DNA from: Candidatus Saccharimonadota bacterium
GTDB taxonomy: Bacteria; Pseudomonadota; Gammaproteobacteria; Enterobacterales; Enterobacteriaceae
Reading direction: 5' to 3'
DNA: 32,000 nucleotides
Assembly: GCF_000973505.1 (NCBI RefSeq)
Contig: NZ_CP010048.1
Location: 120,001 to 152,000 of the forward strand
Part shown: positions 9,207 through 18,912 of the stretch, piece after piece
How the letters are laid out: every line of letters starts with the position of its first letter
Numbering within the stretch: position 1 is the first letter of the stretch
Position numbers and translations under genes: made by a program
Notes under the pieces: model-generated
What the model saw: the letters and a program-made list of their open reading frames with translations, nothing else
The model's database searches: none
Told to the model about the DNA's origin: nothing

Positions 9207-11681
9207 ATGCGAGTGCTGAAATTTGGAGGTACTTCACTTGCTGATGCTGATTGTTTTATTCATGTTGTTAATATTCTTGAGAGTAAAATTAGTCAGGATC
9301 AAGTAGCGGTGGTATTATCAGCACCAGCGTTTGTTACTAATTATTTAGTGGCTATAGTTGAGAATACATTAAACGGAATAGATCATGTGTTATGTTTTCG
9401 AAAAATTGAATCTATTTTTAATCAATTATTAATTGATATGGTTCAATTGCAGCCCAATTTTAATCATTTAAATTTGCGTATTATTTTAGATAAAAAATTT
9501 AATAAAATTAAAAATTTGTTGCATGGTGTATTTTTATTAAGGCACTGTCCTGATAGTATCAATGCTAGTATTATTTCTTTGGGTGAAACATTATCTATTG
9601 TTTTTATGGAAGCTTTATTGGTTTCACGCGGGTTTAGTGTGACGATTATTAATCCTGTGAAAAAGTTATTAGCATATGGGAGTTATTTAGCATCAATGGT
9701 TGATATTAAAGAATCTACTCGTCGTATTCAAGATTATATTATTCATAATAATAATAGTATTATTTTAATGCCGGGTTTTATTGCAGGTAATGAACATGGT
9801 GAATTAGTAGTTTTAGGTAGAAATGGTTCTGATTATTCAGCTACTGTATTAGCAGCTTGTACAGGTGCAACATGTTGTGAAATTTGGACAGATGTAGATG
9901 GTGTGTATACTTGTGACCCCCATCAAGTTCCTGATGCACAGTTATTAAGTTCATTGTCATATCAAGAAGCTATGGAGCTTTCATATTTTGGAGCAAAAGT
10001 TTTACATCCTCGGACAATTATGCCAATAGCACAATTTCAGATACCTTGTTTTATCAAAAATATTTTCAATCCTCAGTCTTCTGGAACATTTATCGGTCCT
10101 ATTAATTCTGAGAAATTAGATATTAATTCAGCAAAAGGAATTACTTATTTAAATGATATAGTGATGATAAATGTTTCTGGTCCTGGAATGAAAGGGATGA
10201 TTGGTATAGCGGCACGTGTTTTTTTAGCTATGTCGCGCGCTTCATGTTCAGTGATTTTAATTACTCAATCTTCTTCAGAATATAGTATTAGTTTTTGTTT
10301 ACCTAATTATGAATTATTAGTTGCACGTAAAGCATTAGAAGATGAATTTTTTTTAGAGCTAAAAGATGGTTTATTAGAACCTTTAGATATTATGGATTGT
10401 CTTGCAATCATTTCAGTAGTTGGAGATGGTATGCGTACTCAAGTTGGTTTATCTAGTAAGTTGTTTAATGCTTTATCACATGCTAATATAAATATTATTG
10501 CCATTGCTCAAGGTTCGTCGGAACGTTCTATTTCAGTGGTTGTGAATAATAGTACTATTAATACTGGAGTTCGGATTGCGCATCAAATGTTATTTAATAC
10601 TAATCAAATAATTGAAATATTTATTGTTGGTGTAGGTGGTATTGGCAGTGCTTTAATAGAACAAATTCATCGTCAATATTTATGGTTAATGGATAAACAT
10701 ATTGATTTACGTATTTGTGGGATTGCTAATTCTAAATCTATGTTGCTTGATTTTCATGGCATTGATTTAAGCTGTTGGAAATCTTCTTTATTAGAATTTG
10801 GTGAAAGTTTTCATATAAATAATTTTATTAATTCTTCGAATCAACATCATTTATTTAATCCGGTAATTGTGGATTGTACTAATAGTATTGATATTGCCAA
10901 TCAATATATATTTTTTTTAGAAAGTGGATTTCATGTTGTTACTCCTAATAAAAAAGCTAATACTGGTTCTATGGAATATTATCGTCAAATTCGTACTACT
11001 GCTTTGAAAACGCATCGTAAATTTTTATATGATACGAATGTTGGTGCTGGATTGCCAGTAATAGAAAATCTTCAAAATTTATTACATGCGGGTGATGAAT
11101 TAACATATTTTTCTGGAATATTATCTGGCTCATTATCATTTGTTTTTGGAAAATTAGATGAGGGTATGCCTTTATCTCAATCCATATTGACTGCTCATGA
11201 AAAAGGTTATACTGAGCCTGATCCTCGTGAAGATCTTTCAGGTATGGATGTAGCTCGTAAGTTGTTGATTTTAGCCAGAGAGGTTGGTTATTCATTGGAA
11301 TTAAATGATATATATGTTTGTCCGGTGGTATCTAATGTTGATATTGATGAAGAAAATTTAAGTGATTTTTTAGAAAAACTTTCTTTTTTTGATCATGATT
11401 TTCTTGTTAAAGTACAAGAAGCACATAAATTAGGTCGTGTGTTACGTTATGTGGGTAGTATTAATCAAGGACATTGTCGAGTACGTATTGAATCTATAGA
11501 TGATACAAATCCACTTTTTAAGATTAAAGATGGTGAAAATGCTTTAACTTTTTTTACTAGGTATTATCAGCCGATTCCATTAGTGTTACGTGGCTATGGT
11601 GCTGGTAACAATGTTACAGCTGCAGGTGTATTTGCTGATATTTTACGCACATTGTCGTGGAAAGTGGGGTATTTAAAATGA
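9207..11681 (+). CDS. thrA: Bifunctional aspartokinase I / homoserine dehydrogenase I.
   Basis: The 824-aa product begins [10 protein letters not shown]. It contains [50 protein letters not shown]-region SVVGDGMR and [13 protein letters not shown], and C-terminal [26 protein letters not shown]. An AGGAG Shine-Dalgarno lies upstream. Confidence 0.98.
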   Translation: MRVLKFGGTSLADADCFIHVVNILESKISQDQVAVVLSAPAFVTNYLVAIVENTLNGIDHVLCFRKIESIFNQLLIDMVQLQPNFNHLNLRIILDKKFNKIKNLLHGVFLLRHCPDSINASIISLGETLSIVFMEALLVSRGFSVTIINPVKKLLAYGSYLASMVDIKESTRRIQDYIIHNNNSIILMPGFIAGNEHGELVVLGRNGSDYSATVLAACTGATCCEIWTDVDGVYTCDPHQVPDAQLLSSLSYQEAMELSYFGAKVLHPRTIMPIAQFQIPCFIKNIFNPQSSGTFIGPINSEKLDINSAKGITYLNDIVMINVSGPGMKGMIGIAARVFLAMSRASCSVILITQSSSEYSISFCLPNYELLVARKALEDEFFLELKDGLLEPLDIMDCLAIISVVGDGMRTQVGLSSKLFNALSHANINIIAIAQGSSERSISVVVNNSTINTGVRIAHQMLFNTNQIIEIFIVGVGGIGSALIEQIHRQYLWLMDKHIDLRICGIANSKSMLLDFHGIDLSCWKSSLLEFGESFHINNFINSSNQHHLFNPVIVDCTNSIDIANQYIFFLESGFHVVTPNKKANTGSMEYYRQIRTTALKTHRKFLYDTNVGAGLPVIENLQNLLHAGDELTYFSGILSGSLSFVFGKLDEGMPLSQSILTAHEKGYTEPDPREDLSGMDVARKLLILAREVGYSLELNDIYVCPVVSNVDIDEENLSDFLEKLSFFDHDFLVKVQEAHKLGRVLRYVGSINQGHCRVRIESIDDTNPLFKIKDGENALTFFTRYYQPIPLVLRGYGAGNNVTAAGVFADILRTLSWKVGYLK

Positions 11682-12610
11682 TTAAAGTATATGCTTCAGC
11701 TTCTATTGGTAATATTGGTGTAGGTTTTGATGTGCTTGGAGTAGGTATTTTACCGATAGATGGTGCTTTATTGGGTGATATTATTTCTGTGGAGAGGTCT
11801 GATTCTTTTAGTTTATATACTTCTGGAAAGTTTTTCCATGAGTTACCTACAGAGGTTGAAAATAATATTGTGTATCATTCTTGGAAATATTTTTGTGCAT
11901 GTGTTGGAGAAGATTTCCCTGTTTCTATTTATTTGGAAAAGAATATTCCTATTAGCTCTGGTCTTGGTTCCAGTGCGTGTTCAATAGTAGCCACGTTAGT
12001 AGCTATGAATCATTATTCAGGGAATTTGTTAAGTAATCACCAATTATTAATGCTGATGGGCGAGATGGAGGGGAAAATTTCTGGTGAAGTACATTTTGAT
12101 AATGTATCCCCTTGTTTTTTAGGAGGCGTGCAAATTATTTTACAGACAAGTTCTATTATTAGTCAACGAATTCCAATTTTTTCAGATTGGTTATGGGTTA
12201 TGGCTTATCCAGGTATTAAGATTTCTACTTTAGAGGCTCGTTCTATGTTACCTATACAGTATCATAGAAATGATTGTATTACACATGGTCGTTATTTGTC
12301 AGGTTTTGTACATGCATGTTATACCGATCAAGAATCTTTAGCAATTAATATGATGAAGGATATTATTAGTGAACCTTATCGTTCTCAATTATTACCAGAT
12401 TTTTTTTCTATCCGAGAGGAGGTGATAAGTCTTGGTGCATTAATATGTGGAATTTCAGGTTCTGGGCCAACATTGTTTTGTGTAGTTAATGATCAACTTA
12501 TTGCTAATAATGTAGCTAATTTGTTATCGGGGCGTTATTTACAAAATGATGAAGGATTTGTATGTGTTTGTCGTTTAAATTTTTCTGGTGTACAAATATT
12601 ATCGGAGTAG
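11678..12610 (+). CDS. thrB: Homoserine kinase. ATG 11678 overlaps the thrA TGA stop in an ATGA junction. The GTG at 11657 in the ORF track is probably too far upstream.
   Basis: [21 protein letters not shown] aligns with E. coli [21 protein letters not shown]. The GHMP motif [12 protein letters not shown] is present. The product is 310 aa, the same length as E. coli ThrB. Confidence 0.96.
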   Translation: MIKVYASASIGNIGVGFDVLGVGILPIDGALLGDIISVERSDSFSLYTSGKFFHELPTEVENNIVYHSWKYFCACVGEDFPVSIYLEKNIPISSGLGSSACSIVATLVAMNHYSGNLLSNHQLLMLMGEMEGKISGEVHFDNVSPCFLGGVQIILQTSSIISQRIPIFSDWLWVMAYPGIKISTLEARSMLPIQYHRNDCITHGRYLSGFVHACYTDQESLAINMMKDIISEPYRSQLLPDFFSIREEVISLGALICGISGSGPTLFCVVNDQLIANNVANLLSGRYLQNDEGFVCVCRLNFSGVQILSE

Positions 12611-12614
12611 TTTA

Positions 12615-13931
12615 ATGAAATTTTATAATATAAAACATCCTAATGATAGTTTAGTGGATTTTTCTCATGCAGTAATTTATGGCCTTGGTCGAGATCAAGG
12701 ATTATTTTTTCCATCATATTTGCCTGAATTTACTAACTCTGAGATTGATGATTTATTGAATATGGATTTTATTACTCGTAGTGTAGAAATTTTATCTGTT
12801 TATATTAATAATGGAATATTGTCAAAAAATCAGATATTGAACTGTGTGTCTTCTTCATTTACATTTCCTGTTCCGGTGTTGTGGATTGATGATAATATTG
12901 CTGTATTAGAGCTTTTTCATGGGCCAACATTAGCTTTTAAAGATTTTGGTGCTCGTTTTATGGCTCAAATGTTAATTGAAATTAATAAATATGTAAAATT
13001 ATCGTATATGACTATTTTAACTGCTACATCTGGTGATACTGGTGCAGCAGTAGCGCATGCATTTCATAATGTAGATAATATTCAAGTGGTTATTTTATAT
13101 CCGGAAAACAAGATTTCTGTTTTGCAGGAAAAGTTATTTTCCACGTTAGGTGGGAATATTCATACTATAGCAGTAAATGGTGATTTTGATGTATGTCAAT
13201 TGCTAGTCAAACAGGCTTTTAGCGACGATTTACTTAATAAAAAGTTATTTTTAAATTCTGCTAATTCTATGAATATTTGTCGATTATTAGCTCAAGTTTG
13301 TTATTTTTTTGAAGCTGTAGCGCAATTACCTCCATTATTAAGAAATAAGATAATCATTTCTGTACCTAGTGGTAATTTCGGTAATTTAACTGCCGGTTTA
13401 TTAGCTAAATCTCTTGGGTTACCTATTAAACGTTTTATTGCTGCCACTAATATTAATGACACTGTTCCTAGATTTCTTTCCACTGGTTCTTGGGAGCCTC
13501 GTGCCACTGTTCCTACTTTATCTAATGCTATGGATGTTAGTGTGCCCAGTAATTGGGAAAGAATAATGTTGTTATTCAGAAATAAAAATTGGAATTTATC
13601 TGAATTGTCCTATGGATCTGTTCATGATACTATTGTTTGTGATACTATATCTGGTATGTTTAATGATTATAGTTATTTATCTGAGCCGCACGCAGCTGTT
13701 TCTTATTATTTATTACGCAATGAGTTGAAATGTGGTGATTATGGGTTATTTCTTGGTACAGCTCATCCTGCTAAATTTAAAGATATTCTGGATACTATTT
13801 TGGATAAAAATATTGCAAGTGTGTTATTGCCTGATTGTTTGAGTTCCCGTATTTTTTCACCATCCTTATCTGTACGAATGCCTAATAATTTTGAATTATT
13901 TCGTGAATTTATGTTAGATTTAAAATATTAG
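12615..13931 (+). CDS. thrC: Threonine synthase. ATG 12615 is preferred over the 12588 start in the ORF track.
   Basis: MKFYNIKHPN compares with E. coli MKLYNLKDHN. Also present are the PLP-lysine context HGPTLAFKDFGARFMAQ, TATSGDTGAAVAHAF and SVPSGNFGNLTAG. Confidence 0.96.
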   Translation: MKFYNIKHPNDSLVDFSHAVIYGLGRDQGLFFPSYLPEFTNSEIDDLLNMDFITRSVEILSVYINNGILSKNQILNCVSSSFTFPVPVLWIDDNIAVLELFHGPTLAFKDFGARFMAQMLIEINKYVKLSYMTILTATSGDTGAAVAHAFHNVDNIQVVILYPENKISVLQEKLFSTLGGNIHTIAVNGDFDVCQLLVKQAFSDDLLNKKLFLNSANSMNICRLLAQVCYFFEAVAQLPPLLRNKIIISVPSGNFGNLTAGLLAKSLGLPIKRFIAATNINDTVPRFLSTGSWEPRATVPTLSNAMDVSVPSNWERIMLLFRNKNWNLSELSYGSVHDTIVCDTISGMFNDYSYLSEPHAAVSYYLLRNELKCGDYGLFLGTAHPAKFKDILDTILDKNIASVLLPDCLSSRIFSPSLSVRMPNNFELFREFMLDLKY

Positions 13932-14222
13932 TATTTATATAACGTGATTAATTTCTTTGTTTTTTATAGTTCTTTTGATTATTTTTTATGATAGAACATG
14001 TAACATGAAATTGATTTTTATAAATGTTTGTATTGATGAACAATATAATATTTAATTTTTATTTGTGTAGTTAGATACTTTTTGTTGTGTGGCGATTTAT
14101 ATAATGATGATTGATAATTGTCATTTTATATATTGTAGGCGATATTTTTGATGTATTTTTAAATTTACTAATATAATTAGTGAAATGTTAATGAAACTTT
14201 GCAAACAAACTTTTTTTTGAGG

Positions 14223-14249
14223 TTGAAAAGAATCTTTTTGGCCTCATAT
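14223..14249 (+). promoter_or_regulatory. Candidate sigma-32 (RpoH) heat-shock promoter of dnaK-dnaJ.
   Basis: TTGAAA at 14223-14228, a 13-nt spacer, then CCTCATAT at 14242-14249. The E. coli sigma-32 consensus is CTTGAAA-N13-15-CCCCATNT. The element sits about 40 nt upstream of the dnaK ATG (14289), which has a GGAG Shine-Dalgarno at 14277-14280. Confidence 0.5.
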
Positions 14250-14288
14250 CAATCTTACGATAAATCTGGTCTCAATGGAGATGTTTAG

Positions 14289-16205
14289 ATGGGAAAAATT
14301 ATTGGTATCGATTTGGGTACAACCAATTCTTGTGTGGCGATCATTGAAGGTAATAAACCTCGTGTTATAGAAAATAGCGAGGGTGATCGTACAACCCCTT
14401 CCATTGTTGCTTATACACAAGATGGTGAAGTGTTGGTTGGGCAACCGGCTAAGCGACAGTCTGTTACTAATCCGAAAAATACTTTATTTGCTATTAAACG
14501 TCTAATTGGTCGTCGATTTCAAGATGAAGAAGTACAACGTGATGTTAGTATTATGCCGTATAAGATTATTTCTTCTGATAACGGGGATGCTTGGTTGGAT
14601 GTTAAAGGTCAACAGATAGCTCCTCCGCAAGTATCTGCTGAGATTTTAAAAAAAATGAAAAAAACTGCAGAGGATTATCTTGGTGAACAGGTTGTTGAAG
14701 CGGTAATTACAGTTCCAGCATATTTTAATGATACTCAACGTCAAGCCACCAAGGATGCAGGTCGTATTGCGGGTTTAGAGGTAAAACGTATTATTAACGA
14801 ACCAACTGCTGCAGCTTTAGCCTATGGTTTAGATAAAGAAACTGGTAATCGTACTATTGCAGTGTACGATTTGGGTGGCGGTACATTTGATATATCTATT
14901 ATTGAAATTGATAGTGTAGATGGTGAAAAAACTTTTGAAGTTTTAGCAACAAATGGTGATACCCATTTGGGAGGGGAAGATTTTGATAGTCGATTAATTA
15001 ATTATTTAGTGTCGGAATTTAAAAAGGAACAAAATATTGATTTATACAATGATCCATTAGCTATGCAACGTTTGAAGGAAGCAGCTGAAAAATCAAAAAT
15101 AGAATTATCTTCTGCTCATCAGACTGATATTAATTTACCATATATTACAGCAGATAGTGTTGGTCCTAAGCATATGAATTTGAGAATTACTCGCGCTAAA
15201 TTAGAGTCATTAGTAGAAGATTTAGTAAATAATACTCTGGATCCTGTAACAGTAGCTTTAAAAGATGCTAATTTGTCTATTCATGATGTTAATGATGTTA
15301 TTTTAGTTGGTGGGCAGACTCGTATGCCGTTGGTGCAAAAAAAAGTATCTGAATTTTTTAAAAAAGAACCTCGTAAGGATGTTAATCCGGATGAAGCTGT
15401 TGCGATTGGTGCTGCTGTACAAGGAGGTGTATTATCAGGTGATGTTAAGGATGTGTTGTTGTTAGATGTCACACCATTATCGTTAGGTATTGAAACAATG
15501 GGTGGTGTTATGACTTCTTTAATTGCTAAAAATACCACAATTCCAACCAAACATAGTCAAATTTTTTCTACAGCAGAAGATAATCAGTCTGCAGTAACTA
15601 TTCATGTTTTACAAGGTGAACGGAAGCGTGCTGGTGATAATAAATCATTAGGGCAATTTAATTTGGATGGCATTTCTCCAGCCATGCGTGGCATTCCTCA
15701 AATTGAGGTTACTTTTGATATTGATGCGGATGGTATTTTGCATGTTTCTGCAAAAGATAAAAATAGTGGACGAGAGCAAAAAATCACTATTAAGGCGTCT
15801 TCAGGTTTAAATGAAGAAGAGATACAAAAAATGGTTCGTGAGGCTGAAGCTAATGTTGAATCTGATAAGAAATTTGAAGAACTAGTTCAGTCGCGTAATC
15901 AGGCTGATCATTTGTTACATAGTACTAAAAAACAGTTATCAGAATTGGGAGATAAAATATCATCTGAAGATAAAAAATCTATTGAAGATGCTTTAAAAAA
16001 TTTAGAATCTGTAGTTAAAAGTGAAAACAAGAATGATATTGAAGATAAAATACAGGTTTTAATTAAATCTTCTTCTAAATTATTAGAAGCTTCTCAAGAA
16101 AAGCAACAGTCTGACAATAAATCTCAAACAGCTGCGAATGGGAATTCTAAAAAATCGGGAGATGTTGTTGATGCTGAATTTGAAGAGGTAAAAAATAAAA
16201 AGTAA
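14289..16205 (+). CDS. dnaK: Molecular chaperone DnaK (Hsp70).
   Basis: The 638-aa product contains [22 protein letters not shown] and [11 protein letters not shown], and ends in DAEFEEVK. Confidence 0.99.
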   Translation: MGKIIGIDLGTTNSCVAIIEGNKPRVIENSEGDRTTPSIVAYTQDGEVLVGQPAKRQSVTNPKNTLFAIKRLIGRRFQDEEVQRDVSIMPYKIISSDNGDAWLDVKGQQIAPPQVSAEILKKMKKTAEDYLGEQVVEAVITVPAYFNDTQRQATKDAGRIAGLEVKRIINEPTAAALAYGLDKETGNRTIAVYDLGGGTFDISIIEIDSVDGEKTFEVLATNGDTHLGGEDFDSRLINYLVSEFKKEQNIDLYNDPLAMQRLKEAAEKSKIELSSAHQTDINLPYITADSVGPKHMNLRITRAKLESLVEDLVNNTLDPVTVALKDANLSIHDVNDVILVGGQTRMPLVQKKVSEFFKKEPRKDVNPDEAVAIGAAVQGGVLSGDVKDVLLLDVTPLSLGIETMGGVMTSLIAKNTTIPTKHSQIFSTAEDNQSAVTIHVLQGERKRAGDNKSLGQFNLDGISPAMRGIPQIEVTFDIDADGILHVSAKDKNSGREQKITIKASSGLNEEEIQKMVREAEANVESDKKFEELVQSRNQADHLLHSTKKQLSELGDKISSEDKKSIEDALKNLESVVKSENKNDIEDKIQVLIKSSSKLLEASQEKQQSDNKSQTAANGNSKKSGDVVDAEFEEVKNKK

Positions 16206-16310
16206 TTTATTTTTATATATTGTAATAAATGTTAGTGATTTACGTATTGTAAGAGATAGATGAGAAACATATAATACCAATGGATAAAAAGCAGTGAAAG
16301 GAAAAAAAGG

Positions 16311-17438
16311 ATGGCAAAATCGGACTATTATGAGATTTTAGGTGTTTCTAAAAACGCGGATGAGCGTGAAATAAAAAAGTCCTATAAACGTTTGGCGATT
16401 AAGTTTCATCCAGATCGGAATCCAGGAAATGTTACTGCTGAAGCTAAATTTAAGGAAATTAAAGAAGCATATGAGGTTTTAAGTGATGCTCAAAAGCGGG
16501 CGGCATATGACCAGTATGGTCATTCTGTTTTTGAGCAAGGTGGTATGAGTGGCAATAATACTGGAGAGGCTGATTTTGGTGATATTTTCGGTGATGTATT
16601 TGGCGATATTTTCGGTGGTGGACGGCGGAAACGGGCTTCTCGGGGGTCAGACGTAAGATATGATTTGACGCTTAGTCTTGAGGAAGCTGTTCGTGGTATA
16701 ACCAAAGAAATTCGTATTCCAATTTTAGCAAAATGTGATGTTTGTCGTGGTACTGGAGCTAGGTCAGCTGCATCCATTGTTACGTGTTCAACTTGTCGTG
16801 GTCAAGGTCAAATACAAATACGTCAGGGTTTTTTTTCTGTGCAGCAGACTTGTCCAGGTTGTCGCGGGCATGGTAAAATTGTTAAAGAAGTGTGTAATAA
16901 TTGTCGTGGACATGGTAGGGTTGAAAAATTTAAAACTTTGTCTGTTAAAATTCCTTCTGGCGTTGATGTTGGTGATAGAATTCGTTTATCTGGTGAAGGA
17001 GAGGCTGGTGAACACGGCGCGGCCTCTGGTGATTTGTATGTACAGGTACAAATTCGTAAGCATCCTATTTTTAGTCGAGAAGAGAAGAATTTGTATTGTG
17101 AGGTACCAATTAATTTTGCTATGGCAGCATTAGGGGGTGAAATTGAGGTTCCAACTTTGGATGGTCGTGTTAAGTTAAAAATACCTTCAGAAACGCAAAC
17201 TGGACGGTTGTTTCGGATGAGAGGTAAAGGTGTGAGGTCTATTAAAGGTGGTGGTCAAGGTGATTTATTGTGTAGAGTAGTGGTGGAGACCCCGGTAAGG
17301 CTTAATGACAGACAAAAACAATTATTGAGGGAACTATCGGATAGTTTCGGTGGACCGAATGGTATTAATCAAAATAGTCCGCGGTCAAAGAGTTTTTTTG
17401 ATGGAGTAAAAAAATTTTTTGATGATTTAACGAGCTAA
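16311..17438 (+). CDS. dnaJ: Co-chaperone DnaJ (Hsp40).
   Basis: The J-domain has HPDRNP. A G/F-rich linker ([15 protein letters not shown]) follows. Four CxxCxGxG zinc-finger repeats are present ([32 protein letters not shown]). Confidence 0.98.
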   Translation: MAKSDYYEILGVSKNADEREIKKSYKRLAIKFHPDRNPGNVTAEAKFKEIKEAYEVLSDAQKRAAYDQYGHSVFEQGGMSGNNTGEADFGDIFGDVFGDIFGGGRRKRASRGSDVRYDLTLSLEEAVRGITKEIRIPILAKCDVCRGTGARSAASIVTCSTCRGQGQIQIRQGFFSVQQTCPGCRGHGKIVKEVCNNCRGHGRVEKFKTLSVKIPSGVDVGDRIRLSGEGEAGEHGAASGDLYVQVQIRKHPIFSREEKNLYCEVPINFAMAALGGEIEVPTLDGRVKLKIPSETQTGRLFRMRGKGVRSIKGGGQGDLLCRVVVETPVRLNDRQKQLLRELSDSFGGPNGINQNSPRSKSFFDGVKKFFDDLTS

Positions 17439-17443
17439 TATTT

Positions 17444-17707
17444 TTATTTCATATTATTAATACGTTTTATTAATTTTGATTTATGACGAGCGGATTTGTT
17501 TTTATGAATTAATTTTTTGTTAGCTAATCTGTCAATGATTATTTGCATGTTAAAAAATGCGTTTTTTGCTGTGTTTTTATTTCCTAAATTGATAGCATTT
17601 AATACTTTTTTTATAAAAGTACGTAACATTGATCGTTGACTGGTGTTATGTTTTTTTCGTTTCAGAGATTGTATCATTCGTTTTTTTGCTGATTGAATAT
17701 TAGGCAT
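17444..17707 (-). CDS. rpsT: 30S ribosomal protein S20.
   Basis: The 87-aa product [14 protein letters not shown]...[11 protein letters not shown]...[14 protein letters not shown] is collinear with E. coli S20. It is divergent from ribF, as in E. coli. Confidence 0.95.
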   Translation of the reverse strand: MPNIQSAKKRMIQSLKRKKHNTSQRSMLRTFIKKVLNAINLGNKNTAKNAFFNMQIIIDRLANKKLIHKNKSARHKSKLIKRINNMK

Positions 17708-17760
17708 AATTTTATTGCTCCAAATTTCAAGTGTTATGTAATTAGTAATTAATATTAGTT

Positions 17761-17781
17761 ATACGTAATATATATACGTAT
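17761..17781. repeat. Perfect 7-bp-arm inverted repeat in the rpsT/ribF divergent spacer.
   Basis: The sequence is ATACGTA-ATATATA-TACGTAT. It contains two CG-containing TACGTA palindromes within otherwise CG-poor DNA. Confidence 0.4.
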
Positions 17782-17917
17782 GTAGCTAGCAGTAGTATAT
17801 TTTTAACGAAATATCATTTTGATTATAAATGATAAATATATTTGTTAATGTTGGCAAATGAATTTCTAATTTTTTTATCTTTGATTCTGTAGTGTTAGAG
17901 TATTATTTTGGTATTAA

Positions 17918-18859
17918 ATGATAATGGAGTTTATTCGTGGTATTCATAATTTAAGATCTTGTCATCGTGGTTGTGCATTGACCATTGGTAATTTTGATGG
18001 TTTTCATCGTGGACATCAGTTATTAATTTTAAAATTACAACAAATTGGGATAAATCGTGGATTGCCAATCATGGTGATGATTTTTGAACCTCAACCACAA
18101 GAATATTTTTTTGGTATGTCTGTGCGATTAACTTCCTTGCGTGATAAAGTAAAATATTTATCTAATGCTGGTATAGATATGTTGTTATGTGTATTTTTTA
18201 ATGCAAAATTTTCATCTCTTTCACCGTGTGCATTTATTTCTGATATTTTAGTTAAAAAATTAAATGTTAGATTAATATACATTGGTGATAATTTTTGTTT
18301 TGGTGCTAATCGTCAGGGTAATTTTAATTTTTTAAAAAAAATGAGTTACAATTTTGGGTTTGAAGTTATGAAAATTAATACTTGTATTGATAATTGTGGG
18401 GATCGTATAAGTAGCACTGCTATACGTAATGCATTAGTGGAGGACAGATTGGGGAATGCCGAGATATTGCTTGGGCATGTTTATTCAATATCTGGTCGCG
18501 TGATGCATGGGTCGCAATTAGGTACTTTTATTGGTTTTCCGACATTGAATATATCGTTAAAAAAATCGCAAAGGTTGCCGATCAATGGTGTATATGCAGT
18601 AGAGGTGTATGGTATATCTGATCATTTATCGTTATTAGGGGTAGCAAATATTGGAAATTGTCCTACAGTTCACAGATTTCGTCAACCAAGATTAGAAGTG
18701 TATTTACTAGATCATGTAATTGATGTATATGGTTGTTATATTCAGGTATTAATACGTGCTAAAATTCGTAATGAACAAAAATTTTCATCAATTTCAGAAT
18801 TGAGAGATCAAATTAAATATGATGTAATGAATGTTAGAAAATATTTTAATAGTAAGTAG
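17918..18859 (+). CDS. ribF: Bifunctional riboflavin kinase / FMN adenylyltransferase. An alternative start at ATG 17924 aligns better with the E. coli protein.
   Basis: MEFIRGIHNL compares with E. coli MKLIRGIHNL. GNFDGFHRGH, RISSTAIRNAL, GFPTLN and IRNEQKFSS are present. Confidence 0.94.
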   Translation: MIMEFIRGIHNLRSCHRGCALTIGNFDGFHRGHQLLILKLQQIGINRGLPIMVMIFEPQPQEYFFGMSVRLTSLRDKVKYLSNAGIDMLLCVFFNAKFSSLSPCAFISDILVKKLNVRLIYIGDNFCFGANRQGNFNFLKKMSYNFGFEVMKINTCIDNCGDRISSTAIRNALVEDRLGNAEILLGHVYSISGRVMHGSQLGTFIGFPTLNISLKKSQRLPINGVYAVEVYGISDHLSLLGVANIGNCPTVHRFRQPRLEVYLLDHVIDVYGCYIQVLIRAKIRNEQKFSSISELRDQIKYDVMNVRKYFNSK

Positions 18860-18912
18860 TTTAATGTTCTTTTTTCAAAAAATAATTTCAGAAATTAGGT
18901 GTTATTATTATT

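Noticed and set aside
11679-11681. Possible alternative genetic code (UGA read as Trp), as in some tiny symbiont genomes.
   Set aside because: TGA terminates thrA, truB and carB exactly where the E. coli homologs end. All conserved Trp positions that I checked use TGG.
14091-14143. Two GGCGAT words 47 nt apart (14091-14096 and 14138-14143) in the thrC-dnaK spacer, considered as possible additional dnaK promoters or operators.
   Set aside because: These are only 6-nt matches with dissimilar flanks, and they have no recognisable -35/-10 geometry. The evidence is insufficient.
16735-17133. A 132-aa +1-frame ORF inside dnaJ. Similar internal or antisense ORFs occur at 1860-2108, 4260-4676, 5325-5585, 10996-11295, 11760-11987, 13301-13507, 14244-14444, 15281-15550, 16083-16280, 16520-16777, 18091-18282, 20322-20543, 21155-21337 and 30367-30570.
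   Set aside because: All of them overlap well-supported conserved genes. Their products are V/L/F/C-rich or S/T/P-rich low-complexity sequences, as expected from frame-shifted GT-rich codons. None has a convincing Shine-Dalgarno.
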